Source: Azolla caroliniana (lineage: Eukaryota; Plantae; Polypodiophyta). Taken from it: DNA of 64,000 nucleotides. Shown here piece by piece: positions 36,461-48,601 of the stretch. A program made the position numbers and the translations under genes. The notes under the pieces were generated by a model. It ran no database searches and had not been told where the DNA came from. It worked only from the letters and a program-made list of their open reading frames with translations. The DNA lies in assembly GCA_043228905.1 (NCBI GenBank), contig JBHGNT010000011.1:434001-498000 (forward strand), given 5' to 3'. Positions within the stretch are counted from its first letter, which is position 1. Each line of letters starts with the position of its first letter.

Positions 36461-39400
36461 TCATGCGCAGAAACTCCTACAAACATTATATTGCACTATG
36501 ATATAATCTTCAGCTGAATCTTGTATCTGTTCGAAACTTGGTGCATCTTCAAGGTCGACCAAGTCGCCTCCTTCCTCGTCTATAGGTTCCATCGGCTCTC
36601 TGGAGGCCATCTGAAACATCTCGGTTTCATTGATATGCTTTGCCCCAACCTCTTGGTCCTGGTCGGGGCAATCCCAGATGCCTTGGACCCTCATTTTAAT
36701 AAAGTTGACTTGCTCAGGGTCCTTTTCCAATACGACACAGTTCCTAAACAATTTATTAAGAGCAGATGCAATTGTCATTCCTAAACAAACAATCATACAT
36801 GCAAAAGTAAGAAAACAAAACAAGAAATGGTTTAGGGTTTTGTAGAAAACTTGATGAAACTACAATGATTACTTGTTCCAGAAAACAAGTCGAGCACCTA
36901 ATCGTCCGGGTTGGAGTACAACTCGACCAATCGATTTATTAAGCGTTGTGGCTTTTGATAAGGGTTTACTAAACTTTTATCTCCATACACGTGTCACAAT
37001 TTCTTTGTTATAGCTGGGTACATGATATAATTGACAACATTACATTCATTAACATGTGCCCAAGCCTTCTTCTTCGAAATTGAGTTGTAGTAGCCCACAC
37101 ACATGTGCTCCACAGTGCTCACATTCGATCACTTGGGGTTCGAGTTATGTTCGTTTTCACCCTATTTCACAATTTATTCAAAAAAAGATAATAATCATGT
37201 CGTAAGCAACATAGTTTCTGAATATTATATATATAGTAACAAAATGTTACCAGTGCATATGTTTTGCATGGCATCTTCACTTCAATGCAGTCGTGACCGA
37301 TAATGCTTGATCCATACAATGGAATATAACGATACGCCATAGTGGTGCCAAGGTCAGCTCTGCGAAGTCCTTCACCATCTTCTCAATTTGGAGATATTTT
37401 TATGGCACATCGTCGAATGTTGATCATGATAGTCTGAAGCCATACGGTATATCCACCACGAGCAATGTGTAATACAATTGTCGGAACGGATCACTCTTGT
37501 GCAAAAAACTTTTCACCGTGTCTGAGTCTTCCATCACCCCGAGCTCCTTTCCTTTGGTCATACGTTTCTCATATTTAGCTCGTTCCAAATGGGTGATGAA
37601 GACGCTTGGTATGCCTTCATTGTTATTGCCGATCTTCTTTGAACGATGTGGTTTCTGCAAATAAAAATTTTGTAAGACGAAATCCATTATCCAAACATCA
37701 ATTAAGCATTGTAGAATATACATACCCATTCTCTAAATACGATAAAAAATTCTTCTAGAGCTTTGTACGATGATGTTTTTGGGCAAGATTGTTCCACTTC
37801 TTCCCACATAGGCAGGGACAACTTTTTCATCATCAGCTCTTGTATCTTCATATAAACCTTATGGCTAAAAAACAAAAGAAACTAAGATTAGAGCAAAGAA
37901 CAAAACAACTAATCAATCCAATTAAAATGATACATGCACATAGAATACTCACTTTTGAAACTCTGCCACCATTTCGTCGAGGCTGAATTACTTGGCGGTC
38001 ACTCTTGACAATATAGATATTAATAATGTGTCATCCTTGATTTCTTGTAGTGACCGCCACGGAAGTAGCTTCATGTCCTCGACGAGCTCTTCAATTACTA
38101 AGTCACTTTTACGTGACTTAGACTTCATTTCCACCTATGGGTCGAGCTTAGCTTTTTTTTATCTTTGACCCTTTATCTCCTTCCTCTCTTTTAGAGACAT
38201 GAACTAACATAAGCATAAAATAAGGATAGAATATAGATAGATCTAGATAGATAGAAACAAAGGACAGAGAAAAAGAAGAGTGCTGATCCACCCGACCAAC
38301 CCCAAGTGAAGGGATTGAGACGGACTCGAGCCGCGATCGGCATCCCATAGCACCGTCGTGGCGTCGAGTAGTATCTGGTGTTGGTGCGCTTGCTACAAGA
38401 GTTGAACCACCGAGAAACAGAGTCTCGATGTTGTCAAAAGTTGATTAAATGAGGGTAGCTAGGCCTCTTATTTATAGCGATACCCAAGGTCCCAAGGCAA
38501 GTTTACACTTGGCCTAATGGGTTGTCTCAATCCCTAGGATTAAAAGTAATCCTCCCCTTCCTTACACTCTCGTTTAACCCTCACACTTATCCATGGTGTA
38601 TAGAATACTACGGTAAATTCTCGCCACGGGATATTATATGGTCATGCCCGTAACACGCTCCCACATACTAAATATACAATCCTGGAGGTCCCACACCTCT
38701 CCTATTCTAAACGCAAGCTGAAACCATGAGTTGTATTTCCTCAAGCGTTTAGACATGGTGCTCTCGTCAATTACTATCCCAACTTCAATCAGACATTGTC
38801 ACCTCAAACCAGGATGTAGCCGTGGACCATATTTTTGAAGCACATCAAGGTACTCGTGATGGAAGAACGTAATGCGCTCGATACATGACATTTTTTGACA
38901 ATAGTCATTATCATTATTATGATCCCAAGCTAATAGATTGGCTTCTTCATGTGCAAGGCTTGCATACACCTTACATTAAGCATACTTGAAGAATGGTGTG
39001 AGAGGAAACTCCTTCACCAGTTGACGTCGCACCTCTATAGAATGAGATCCTCCAATCATGCAGTACGTGTAGTCATCCACCGAATTGTACTTGAAGTCAG
39101 CAACAGTAGGGCATTGATTAGGGTCAACCATTACTAACAATGGCACTACAGTCGCATGTGGATTTATCTTCATCTTACTTTTCAAGTTTTGCACATGCAT
39201 TGCATGAGGCTCTCGAATTTCTAAAGCTCATCTTCCGGTCGCATCATCTATTGGTGGCCATTGAATAGAGCAGATCAGAAAATGGAAAAGTTGTCCTTTA
39301 CGGACAAGGTTGGTCTTCACAATGTTTTCTCTAATCCGGTTCTGCTCTGAAGTGAGTATCTAGATGAAATGTGGCCTCCTAGAGGAATCACCTCCATATC

Positions 39401-40040
39401 CTAATCTTCCTTTTCTTCTTCGACAAACTTGAGCACCTCCGGCTCCTCGTCTTCAGGTTGTTGCCTTTCTTATATTTCTTTTGTTCTGGTTTCGACTTCT
39501 TGCCAGACTTTGGTGGTGTTTTTGCTTGCGAAACCATAAGCTCCCCTTTAAAATAAGGTCGCAATGCAACAATCAAGTTATTCTTTGTCTGAACATCTTT
39601 TTTAAGAGCTTTGGGATGGCAAGAATTTGTGATCAAATTACGTTCATTGAGCTTTACTCTTCGAGCCCCCACGAGCTATCAACATCAAAAAATATCTCCA
39701 ACGAGTCCTGGTCTTCATATTCAAGTCTACGGACGAAGCCATAGGTGAAGGTCTTTCCGACTTGCAACCTTCCTTCACCTTCACTCTTCGCCAGAATAAG
39801 GAGGTTCCCTTCTTCCTCGTCATAAATTAGTGTCCACTCCACATTGGGGTAGCTCTTCTGGCTACACTGCCCACTCTTTTCTACAAAGGTCTTCATTGTA
39901 GTGCCAACACTGGACTTGGAAGTCCCATCTCCTCCCGACTCAAGCAGGGCTTTATGGGAGTCACCCTTAACCAACATTTCTTCCGACTTTTTTGTTGGAG
40001 ATGGGATCTTCAGCTTGAAGGAGGAAACCTTCTGGCGTGG
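36461..40040 (-). pseudogene. Spliced pseudogene: ParB/Srx-like domain plus beta-class (N6-adenine/N4-cytosine) DNA methyltransferase
   Basis: GT-AG introns at 37952-37865, 37725-37655, 37250-37162 and 36872-36781 join in frame. Motifs: LLVVDIPYG (37442-37453), WVKTN, NPYQKPQRLINRLVELYSNPDD*VLDLFSGT (36966-36874), TIASALNKLFRNCVVLEKDPEQVNFIKMR. Upstream: IREPHAMHVQNLK...VVPLLV...YCMIGGSH (39042-39056). Many stops and frameshifts. Confidence 0.8.
38190..38655 (-). mobile_element. LTR-like remnant inserted into the methyltransferase pseudogene
   Basis: Starts TGTTACGGG on the minus strand and contains TATAAATAAG; interrupts the coding frame ...IFSMWE. Left boundary uncertain. Confidence 0.55.
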
Positions 40041-40271
40041 CTCATTGAGAAATTAAGGAAAGACACAATTAAATAATAATAAACTTATTGTAAATCAACC
40101 AAAACCTTAAAAATCAAGTAAAAACTGACAAAGTTATACATAATAGAGACCAAATTTCAAGTAAAGTAGTTTAAAAAATGTACTAAACTGAGTGGAAAAT
40201 TTTCACTAAATTTGACAAAATGCGCGAAAAAAGTTCCCTTTCAACGGGAACTCGATGCACTGCATCGAAAT

Positions 40272-40677
40272 TGTTAACTCTTAGGGTCGGACAATGGCCT
40301 AACACAGGGTGTCTATGGAAGACACTTCACCAAAGGGGTGTTACGGCAAGAGGAGTAGGCTCAACGATTAATCTGACTTAATTAGGTTACTTAGCAAGAT
40401 CGTCCTTAATAATCACACGCATAAGATATAACAATGAATGCAGAATGGCAATTAACACAGAGATAAAAAAACGCTAATCTTTATTAATTAACCGCTTCTC
40501 ATTACATTGTATCCGGACCTTTAAATAGGTTTCCGGTCTGTAGTACAAAACGGTGCCATCCGCACCTGTTCGGGATCGGTCCAGATCCGGAACGGCATAC
40601 CCATTCCGGTCCGTCCGTCCACACTCATAGCTTACTTACAACCATTCCTAGTAATTAATTAACTCCTCCGTTTCACA
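40272..40677 (-). repeat. G2 3' LTR (inner boundary at 40677 or about 40705-40707, unresolved)
   Basis: Near-identical to 63753-64000 over the visible part. Confidence 0.8.
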
Positions 40678-40812
40678 CTCTGGACTCCTTTGCCGGCCGG
40701 TAACACATGGCACGCCCGTGGGACAGTACCTTGTACGTCGAATCCACCATCCGACCCTTGCTATTCTTCGTCCAAAATATCCAAAATGCTTTGTTCGAGA
40801 GTCTCCAATGGT

Positions 40813-43113
40813 TCATCTGGAATTGGTTGTTGTTGTTGTTGTGGTTGTTGCTGCTGTTGTTGCTGCTCTGTTGATGGCTGCTACGACGGGTCCTTTGATG
40901 GCTGTTGCGGCTGCTCCTCCGTTTGTTGCTCTGACAGCAGCGTCTGATGGCCATGCCCGGAGGATGCACTGAATCCGACCCGTTCCCAATTGCGATTTGA
41001 TCTCCGCCGCTTGCCGTTCCTCCTTCAATTGCGTCATGCTCCTTATAATGCATCAATTACCTTTGATATGTGCTTTGTAATTTTTGCAATACCGTTGACG
41101 CTCTCTCCTTTTCTTCCTGCTGCTGCCTCTGGAGCTCCATCCGGACCTTCTCCGCCTCGTCCAACCGTCTTGTATTTTCCGCTCGTTCGTCGGCAAGCGT
41201 CGTCGCCGCCTGATCAACTTCCTGCTGGAGCTCGGCCACCTGTTCCTTATGCTCCGTTTCCAGCCATTTGTAGTACTGGTGCAGGTGCTCAAAATCATCT
41301 ATCTTTTGTTTGAGTCGAGCGCTGATCTATCGACGGGCCCAGTCCTCGCGGTCCTTCTACTGACGGAGGTCTTCCTTTAGCCGTTCAATTTCCGTTTCTG
41401 CCGTCTTCCGTAGCTTGTCCTTTTCCTGCAACACTTTGTCTTTTTCCTCCCTTAGCCAGTCGTACGCTTGATGGCCTTTCCGAAGGCTCTCCTCTGCCCG
41501 GCGGAGGTTCTCAGCAGTCTTCTTTAATTTTGCTTCGGCCGTTGTCTTCAATTCCCGTTCCCGGCTCCTTAGCGCTTCTTGTGCGGCAAGTTCATCTCTC
41601 AATTCCGCAAGCTCCTGGGCTTGCGCCACATCCCTCTCTGGAACGGTTTCCATTGCCGGGGTCTTATTAGTATGTACAGGTTGGTCGGGTTCTTTATTTT
41701 GTACACTTACCGGAGTCACCGGTGATTGGATCTATGTTGCCGTTAAGGCCATTTTGGCCATTTCTGTCGTGACCTGATCCAAGTCTTTTTCAAGGCACCA
41801 GATTCTGGACCGGGCCGTCTCTAGTTGTTTGGTTGGGATGAGCAACCGTTCGCTTTGCGCTCTTTCTTCCGCCTCAATATCCCCCACTGCTCCGGCAATC
41901 TATTCGCCTATCCACCGGAGCCACAGGCTACCGGTGCATTGTTGTTGTGCTTTCACGGAGGTTTGACAGATGGGCTCGCTTGTAGATGGGTGGTCCCGCC
42001 TGATTGCGCCGAGTTGCAATTCCGTTTCTGCCCGTGGACCACCCTGCTGTCCTGGTTCCCCTTGCGCTTCTTCTTGGTTCAGGCCGAGGGAGGCTGTATT
42101 GACCTTTCCGGCTCTGGCGGAATGGGACTTGCAGGTGCTGCCGGTGGTACAAAGGCTTCTGATTCCGCTGCCATGCGCACCGGTTCCGGTTCCTCCCTTG
42201 GCGTGGGAGTCTCAGTATGGGGAGCCGGTGTTCCCTCCGTCTGAGCGTCTGAACGTTTCCCGGCTGCCTCAATGGTCCTTGCTGACAACCATTGCTGGAG
42301 GTGCTCCGTAGGCTCCTCCTCTATTTCCTCTTCCTGAGTCCCGACATTGAGTTTTGCCGCCAAGGGGTCCACTTCTCTATTCACCGGTTGGCGGAGTGTA
42401 ACCTTTACGGACGGTACCGGTGGTTCCTCCTGCGCATCCGTTGGCCACTTCCGGCTGGCGTTCTCCTTTCCCGCCTGTTCTGCGTCCGCCGCCTTCCCCT
42501 TAGTGGCCTTAGAGGCCAAAAGTTGTTGTCTTCTGGAAGCCGTATTTGGGGTGCTTCTTGGGCTGGACGGGCTGGACGGGTGGCACAAGCAAGGTGAGCC
42601 ACTGCGTTACTGCGTGCCATATCCTCCGTCCTTCTCGGCCTTCTTTGCCGTCTTTTCCTCTGACGATCTCGATCGCCGCACACAAACCGTCTGCGATCAA
42701 TACCGGCCAATCCACCTTGATCCCTTCATACGTGGCGATGATCATCCTTGCCCGATTCTGCGGCATGACGGGGGGTTTGGGGTACACATGGCCGCATTCG
42801 TGGAGCACACGGGCAATCTCGCAGAACAGCATATCTCCGCCGCCCTGTGTCCAGTAGCCCTTGCTGGCTAGGGAGTACTCACCAAAATACTTGATGAGTT
42901 GCTCTGAGGTCGGATTGTCGATCGTGAATATGCCTCCCTCTGGAGGCCTGTTAACGCACGAATCGCCTCATCCGTTATGACCTCTGTGTCGATTTCTTTG
43001 ATCACCTTGTCGGCTTCTTTGTGTGGCAGTACCTCCATAATCATCAAGAAGCCCTCGAGCTCGTGTTGCTTTAGCCATTTCTTGGCAGCTTCCGACAACG
43101 TTTGTGGGTCCAT
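40813..43113 (-). pseudogene. G2 extra ORF downstream of pol (globular N-terminus, Pro/Glu linker, coiled coil), fragmented
   Basis: Sense-strand ORF chain 42868..43113, 42509..42832, 42079..42588, 41357..41719, 41057..41239 and 40813..41037. Confidence 0.65.
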
Positions 43114-43642
43114 GTCTGTGTTGAGGTCAGATTGTGATGGCGAGGTTGGCTAGTAATGAGAGTGAGATTGAGAGAGAGAGAGTTCAGAAAGCGGGGGTTC
43201 TCTGTGCGTAGGTTCTCGTCTGATGATCTTCCAGCGCCTTGGTGCTTCTGTGCTCCTGGGTTCGCGAAAGTAGAGGGTCTCCACGCGCAGTGGTTTTTCT
43301 CTGTGCATTCTGGCGCCTTTTTCGAGTGTGTGCACGTCATGTACTAAAATAGCATTATGTCCCGTGGTGGTGCTTAAATGCCCACTACGTACCTTTTTGC
43401 TCCTCGCTCTTTTGTCTGTGTTGTAGGTTTTAGAGTTAGGGTTAGGGTTAAGGATGATGATGGTTAACGATGACGAAGATAGACATGGTGAAATAGCAAA
43501 GATGATGAAGAGTATGATGGTGAGAGAGATTGTCATGAAGATGTTGAGAATTATTGAGAAGCATTGCGGGGTAAGGATGACATTGACGAGTATTGCGGGG
43601 TGTGGCTCCACCCCCCTCCCAAGGGGGTTCAACGTTGAGGGG

Positions 43643-43673
<31 letters not shown>

Positions 43674-43789
43674 AAAGAGAGATAGAGAGAAATGTTCATT
43701 CATTCCTCGCTTTTCCATGATTACTTCGCTTTTTTTTTTTTTTTTGATAAATTTTAATGTGGTGTGAGGTTAGTTGTCTGTTGGTCCTA

Positions 43790-46526
43790 TCGAACCCTTA
43801 CCGGCCTCATTACGGTTTGCCGTCGCCTCATTCTCCCCTATTACCGGCTTGCCGTCTCCTCCGTCTTGGTGGTTGCCGTTCCCCTCACAGGTTGCCGTTT
43901 CCTCACCGGTATCGGTTCTTAGGCATCGGTCCTCTATATGGCTTCAATCGGAATCCGTTGACCCATTTGCCTAGCACTTCGCCGGCAAGTGTCCCTAACT
44001 GGTAGGACCCATTATACTCACGTGTCAGCCAATACGGGCCAGTCCATCTAAACCGTAGTTTTCCCGGCATCTGGCCCATCCAGGTCTGAAATACTAACAC
44101 CGGTTTGCCGATTGCGAACATTTTTTCATTTCCTTTCTTGTGCCAGTCGACAAATGCTTTCCGTCGCCGTTGTTCCAATCTAAGTGCAGGATGCTTGACA
44201 GTCGTTGTTCCTCGAGTTCACACAACGTTGTTAACCGTATTGCCTCCGACTCCTTCTCGTTCAGTCGTTCCCGTAGCTGGATCCATAAGCTGGGTACTTG
44301 GAATTCCACCGGCATTACCGCCTCTAGTCCGAACGCTAACCGGAACGGTGTTGTTCGGATGCTCGTTTTATATGCCGTCCGGTATGCCCAAAGCGCGCTA
44401 TGTAGCTTGGTATCCCAATCCGTTCGGTTTTCGTTGACGATCTTCCGGACGATATTCTGGAGCGTTTTGTTCGTCGATTCAGCTAACCCGTTTGCTTGCG
44501 GATAGTATGGTGTGCTCCATTTATGGACAACGGCATAGAATGTTGTCAGGCTTTCAACTACTTGGCCGAGAAAGTGCCCCCCTTGGTTGCTTATTAATTC
44601 GATTGGGCATCCGTAACGGCACCAGATGTATTCGTATAGAAATTTTGCCGTTGACGCAGCGGTGTTGTCTCTTAAGGCTTTGGCCTCCACCCATTTCGTG
44701 TAGTAATCCGTCGCGACGATGACGTACCGATTACCTGTTCTCATTGCCGGTGGTTTGAACGGTCCAACAAAGTCCAGCCCCCACTTCTGGAATGGTTCGA
44801 GTGGTAGTATAGGCTGGTGTGGCATCCGAGCCTACTCCGTTGGCTAGCCCATTTGTTGGCATAGGTCACATTCTTTTGCGTACCATACAACATCTCTTAA
44901 TGTAGTTGGCCACCATAGGCCACTTTGCCATATTTTCCTGGCCGTCGCATCTCCGGCATAGTGACCTCCGGCAACTCCACAATGGGCTTCCCTTAGTATG
45001 AGGTCCTTTTGATCGTTGCGCACAGCCCGTCTCCATATGCCGTCCGCGCCCTTGTGGTAAAGTGTGTCTCGCAGTAAGCAGAAATGTCGGCTTTGCACCG
45101 TCAGGCGTTTCCTTTTGTCCCGGTTCATCTCTTCCAGAGGCATTCCTGTGCTCAAAAACTGGTGCATATCTGTGAGCCACTTGTCTTCCTGTGCCACCGT
45201 CTCATCTGCTGTCGTTTCCGTAGCGACTCGAAACAGCTCTGCATCCGGAAACTCGTCCGCTACTCCGTCACCCGTCTCTCTGGACTCTAATCGGCTTAAA
45301 TAATCCGCTACGGCGTGCTGTATACCGGGTCGGTGGAATATTTCGAACTCGAATTGCTGTAACAGTAAGGTCCACCGGGCCAACTTACCGGTGAGTGACG
45401 CCTTGGACACCAGGTAGAGGAGTGCCGAATGATCTACATGGAAGGAAAACTTCCTTCCCAATAAATAATGCCGAAACTTTGTCACACTGTAAATCATCCC
45501 TAGAGCTTCCCGTTCCGTGGTAGAGTAGTTCCGTTCCGCATGGGATAGCTTTCGGCTGGCATAGTACACTGGCTGGTACCACTTTGGCTCCGTAAGCTGC
45601 ATCAGTACGCTTCCGATTGCAATGTCGGAGGCGTCCACGAACACATGAAATTCTTTACTCCAATCCGGGGGCTGCACTACCGGTGCTTGCAACAATAGTA
45701 CCTTGAGGGCCCTATACGCCCTATCCTCAGTGTCGGTCCACTGGAATGGTGTCCGATGTACGGCGGCATGCAACGGTGTAGCCAGGTCGGCCAAGTATCG
45801 GAGCATCCGGCTGTGCCACCGGATCTGTCCTAAGAATCGGCTCAATGCCTTTGCCCTTGCCGGCGCCGATGCTTCTAATATGGCTTTCACTTTGTCCGGC
45901 TCGACTGCAATACCTTCCTGGCTCACAATATGTCCTAATAAGGTTCCACTGAACACGCCAAATACACACTTTGCCGGATTCAAGCTTAGCCGGGGCCCGG
46001 TATGCTATACACTTTTCTAAACAAAGACGGAGGTGTTGAAAATGGTCCTCCTCCCAGCTATAGACGGCGAAATCGTCAAGGAAAACCTGCATAAAAGCCA
46101 GGATATATTCACCAAAGATTTCCATGATGATTCGTTGAAATGTTGCCGGTGCCGTTTTGAGTCCGAACATCATCACCACGGCCACAAACACCCCCCATTC
46201 GGTGACGAAAGCCGTTTTCTTTTGGTCGTCGGGGTGCATCCGGATCTGATTATACCCGCTGCATCCGTCTAGAAAGCTATAGACCTCATGGCCGGCGACG
46301 ACATCCAACACTCCATCTGTGAACGGAAGTGGAAACGCATCCGTTACCGTAGCCGCATTAAGTTTCCGGTAGTCCACACAAACTCGAATTTTTCCGTTCT
46401 TCTTCGGTACGACTACGATCGGGCTCAGCCATGTCGCTTTCTTTACTGGACGGATAAAGCCCACTCTTAGCAGTTTGTCGATTTCCTCCTTGACTTTGGC
46501 GGCATAATTGGGATTCATCTGGTACC
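43790..46526 (-). pseudogene. pol: G2 pol: RT, RNase H, integrase
   Basis: 45727..46526 (FLDDF); 44844..45983 (FVDASD, NYSTTERE, HCG...GH); 44094..44825 (WGLDFVGP, DYYTKWVEA); 43903..44178 (WTGPY). Confidence 0.93.
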
Positions 46527-47001
46527 TGACGGGAACCCAACGTTCCTTATGCGCGACGCTCGGCCACAACCGAGCGTAGAATGATACACAGAAAACGAGA
46601 AGTAAAACACGACACAAAGGAGAGGAAGATATACACACACTACACAGGAGGTTTACGTGGAAAACCCCAAACTAGGGGAAAAACCACGACAGTCCACAGG
46701 CTGCAAACTGTCACTATGTAAGAATGTACAAAACAGTGAGTCCACGGAGGCAACGACCTCGTGCTCACGATCTTCGCCACAGGCGGCGGTTACAACAGAG
46801 GCAACGACCACGTTCTCTCTCTCTCTCTCTCTCTGTACAGTTACACACTCTTATTTCATGCAAGACAGAAATTGACAACAACATCCTAAAAGTTTGCCCT
46901 AAGTCATATTTATACTAATATGAATTTTCGGCTATTTACAAATATAGCCTCGATGGGCTCTCAGAAACATATTTACGAATATGTCTCTTCCTCCGGTTCT
47001 C

Positions 47002-47262
47002 ACCGGTTCTGCACCATCCGACTCTCCGTAGCCGGGTACTCCTCATCCGGTTCACACCGGGCCCGCACCATCCGGCTCTCTGTAGCCGGGTACTCCTCAT
47101 CCGGTTCACACCGGGCCTGCACCATCCGGCTCTCCGTAGCCGGGTACTCCTCATCCGGTTCACACCGGGCCTGCACCATCCGGCTCTCCGTAGCCGGGTA
47201 CTCCTCATCCGGTTCACACCGGGCCTGTATCATCCGGCTCTCCGTAGCCGGGTACTCCTCAT
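47002..47262. repeat. 54-bp tandem repeat (about 5 units) in the C1 3' LTR U3
   Basis: ACCGGGCCTGCACCATCCGGCTCTCCGTAGCCGGGTACTCCTCATCCGGTTCAC repeated; it translates as an 18-aa repeat. Confidence 0.92.
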
Positions 47263-48437
47263 ACCGTTTGTTCGGCGGCACTATTCTTCTCCCTTCCCAT
47301 CCGGAGGGACCTGTCTCCCAACAAACTCCCCCTTCACTCCGGCATGCATCCAGCTTGTCGGGTGTCAGCACTTTGGTCAGCATATCTGACCCGTTCTCGG
47401 CCGTGTGGATCTTCGTCAGTGCGAACTCCTGGTCATCTACTCTTTCCCGGATCCAGTGATACCTCCGCTGGATATGCTTCGTCCGGGAATGGTAGGCCGC
47501 ATTTTTAGCAAGGTGGATGGCACTTTGACTGTCGTAATAGAGTCGGTATTCCTCTTGCTGTATACCGAGCTCTCCGATGAAGTCCTTCATCCATAAAATT
47601 TCCTTGCCGACTTCCACAGCCGCCATGTACTCCGCGTCCGTGGTTGACAATGCAACCGTCTTCTGCAGCCACGACTGCCACGAAACAACTCCCCCTGCAT
47701 ATGTCATCACATAACCGGATGTACACCAGCTGGTATCCACATCAGCCGACATGTCCGAATCGGTGAAACCGTCCAGTTGAGGTTTTTCGGAGCCGAATCG
47801 GAGACACATATTTGAAGTGCCCTTCAAATACCGGAGTATCCATTTGACTGCGTTCCAGTGCTCCTTGCCGGTGTCGTGCCTTTCGGCGCCAGATCGTTAC
47901 GTGAGTCGGGTGGGAACCGCTGGGGTTATGGACTAGGAAGAGGAGAGTTTTAAGGCTAATAAGAATATAAATATGTTGTAAGAAAGAGTTATAGCAAACT
48001 CGTGAATCCCACGAGTGTATTGTATTAGATTAATCAATATGAATATAAGAATATAAACTTCGGTTGAAAGAGAATGATATAGAATTCTCGTGAATCCCAT
48101 GAGTATAGTTTATTAATTGGTGTTTTTTAGAAACATATCTAGTTTCCAAATATTTTTCACACACAATTACATTGTGCTCCCCATCCTTATGTAGTGATGA
48201 GGAAGTCTTAGTAATCCATGCTTTTTTTCTCTAACTATAGACCCCATGCTTTTCCTATAGATAGACTATATGCTTTATCTAAAGTGATCATGCTTTTTCT
48301 AACTTGTGCGTTTTTTATCATGCACGCTAGATGTGTATGTGTAGCTTTTTCTTTTGTTATGCGTTTTTCAAATGTTTATCCTAGCGTGAATTTACCTTTC
48401 TATGTGGGACATCTATGCTTTAACACTAATGAAATGC

Positions 48438-48502
48438 TAGTGTAATGGTAAGACATTACATTATTAACATGGAGGTGCAAGGTTCGAATCTTGCCCTATG
48501 CA
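48438..48502 (+). promoter_or_regulatory. tRNA-like A/B-box module in the D LTR (second copy at 51224-51288)
   Basis: TAGTGTAATGG (48438) with GGTTCGAATC (48481); TAGCATAATGG (51224) with GGTTCAAATC (51267); both have 43-nt spacing. Confidence 0.6.
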
Positions 48503-48601
48503 TGTTTCATTTATTTTGCTATTTTCTTCTATTTCTTCATTTTTTATTGAATCTAATACTATATACGTTTTTCATGTAGTGTACAAAATACACTACGACA
48601 C

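Noticed and set aside
36461-40040. Bacterial contamination as the source of the methyltransferase
   Set aside because: It has spliceosomal GT-AG introns with polypyrimidine tracts, carries an LTR-like insertion and is flanked by plant retroelements.
43425-43452. Telomere-like TTAGGG/TTTAGGG runs (also about 3590-3604, 27336-27350 and 35531-35547)
   Set aside because: Only 2-3 units each, mostly inside retroelements; telo-box-sized, not an interstitial telomere.
47002-47262. Regular 54-bp repeats resembling a CRISPR array
   Set aside because: Head-to-tail units with no unique spacers, inside a Copia LTR, and no cas genes.
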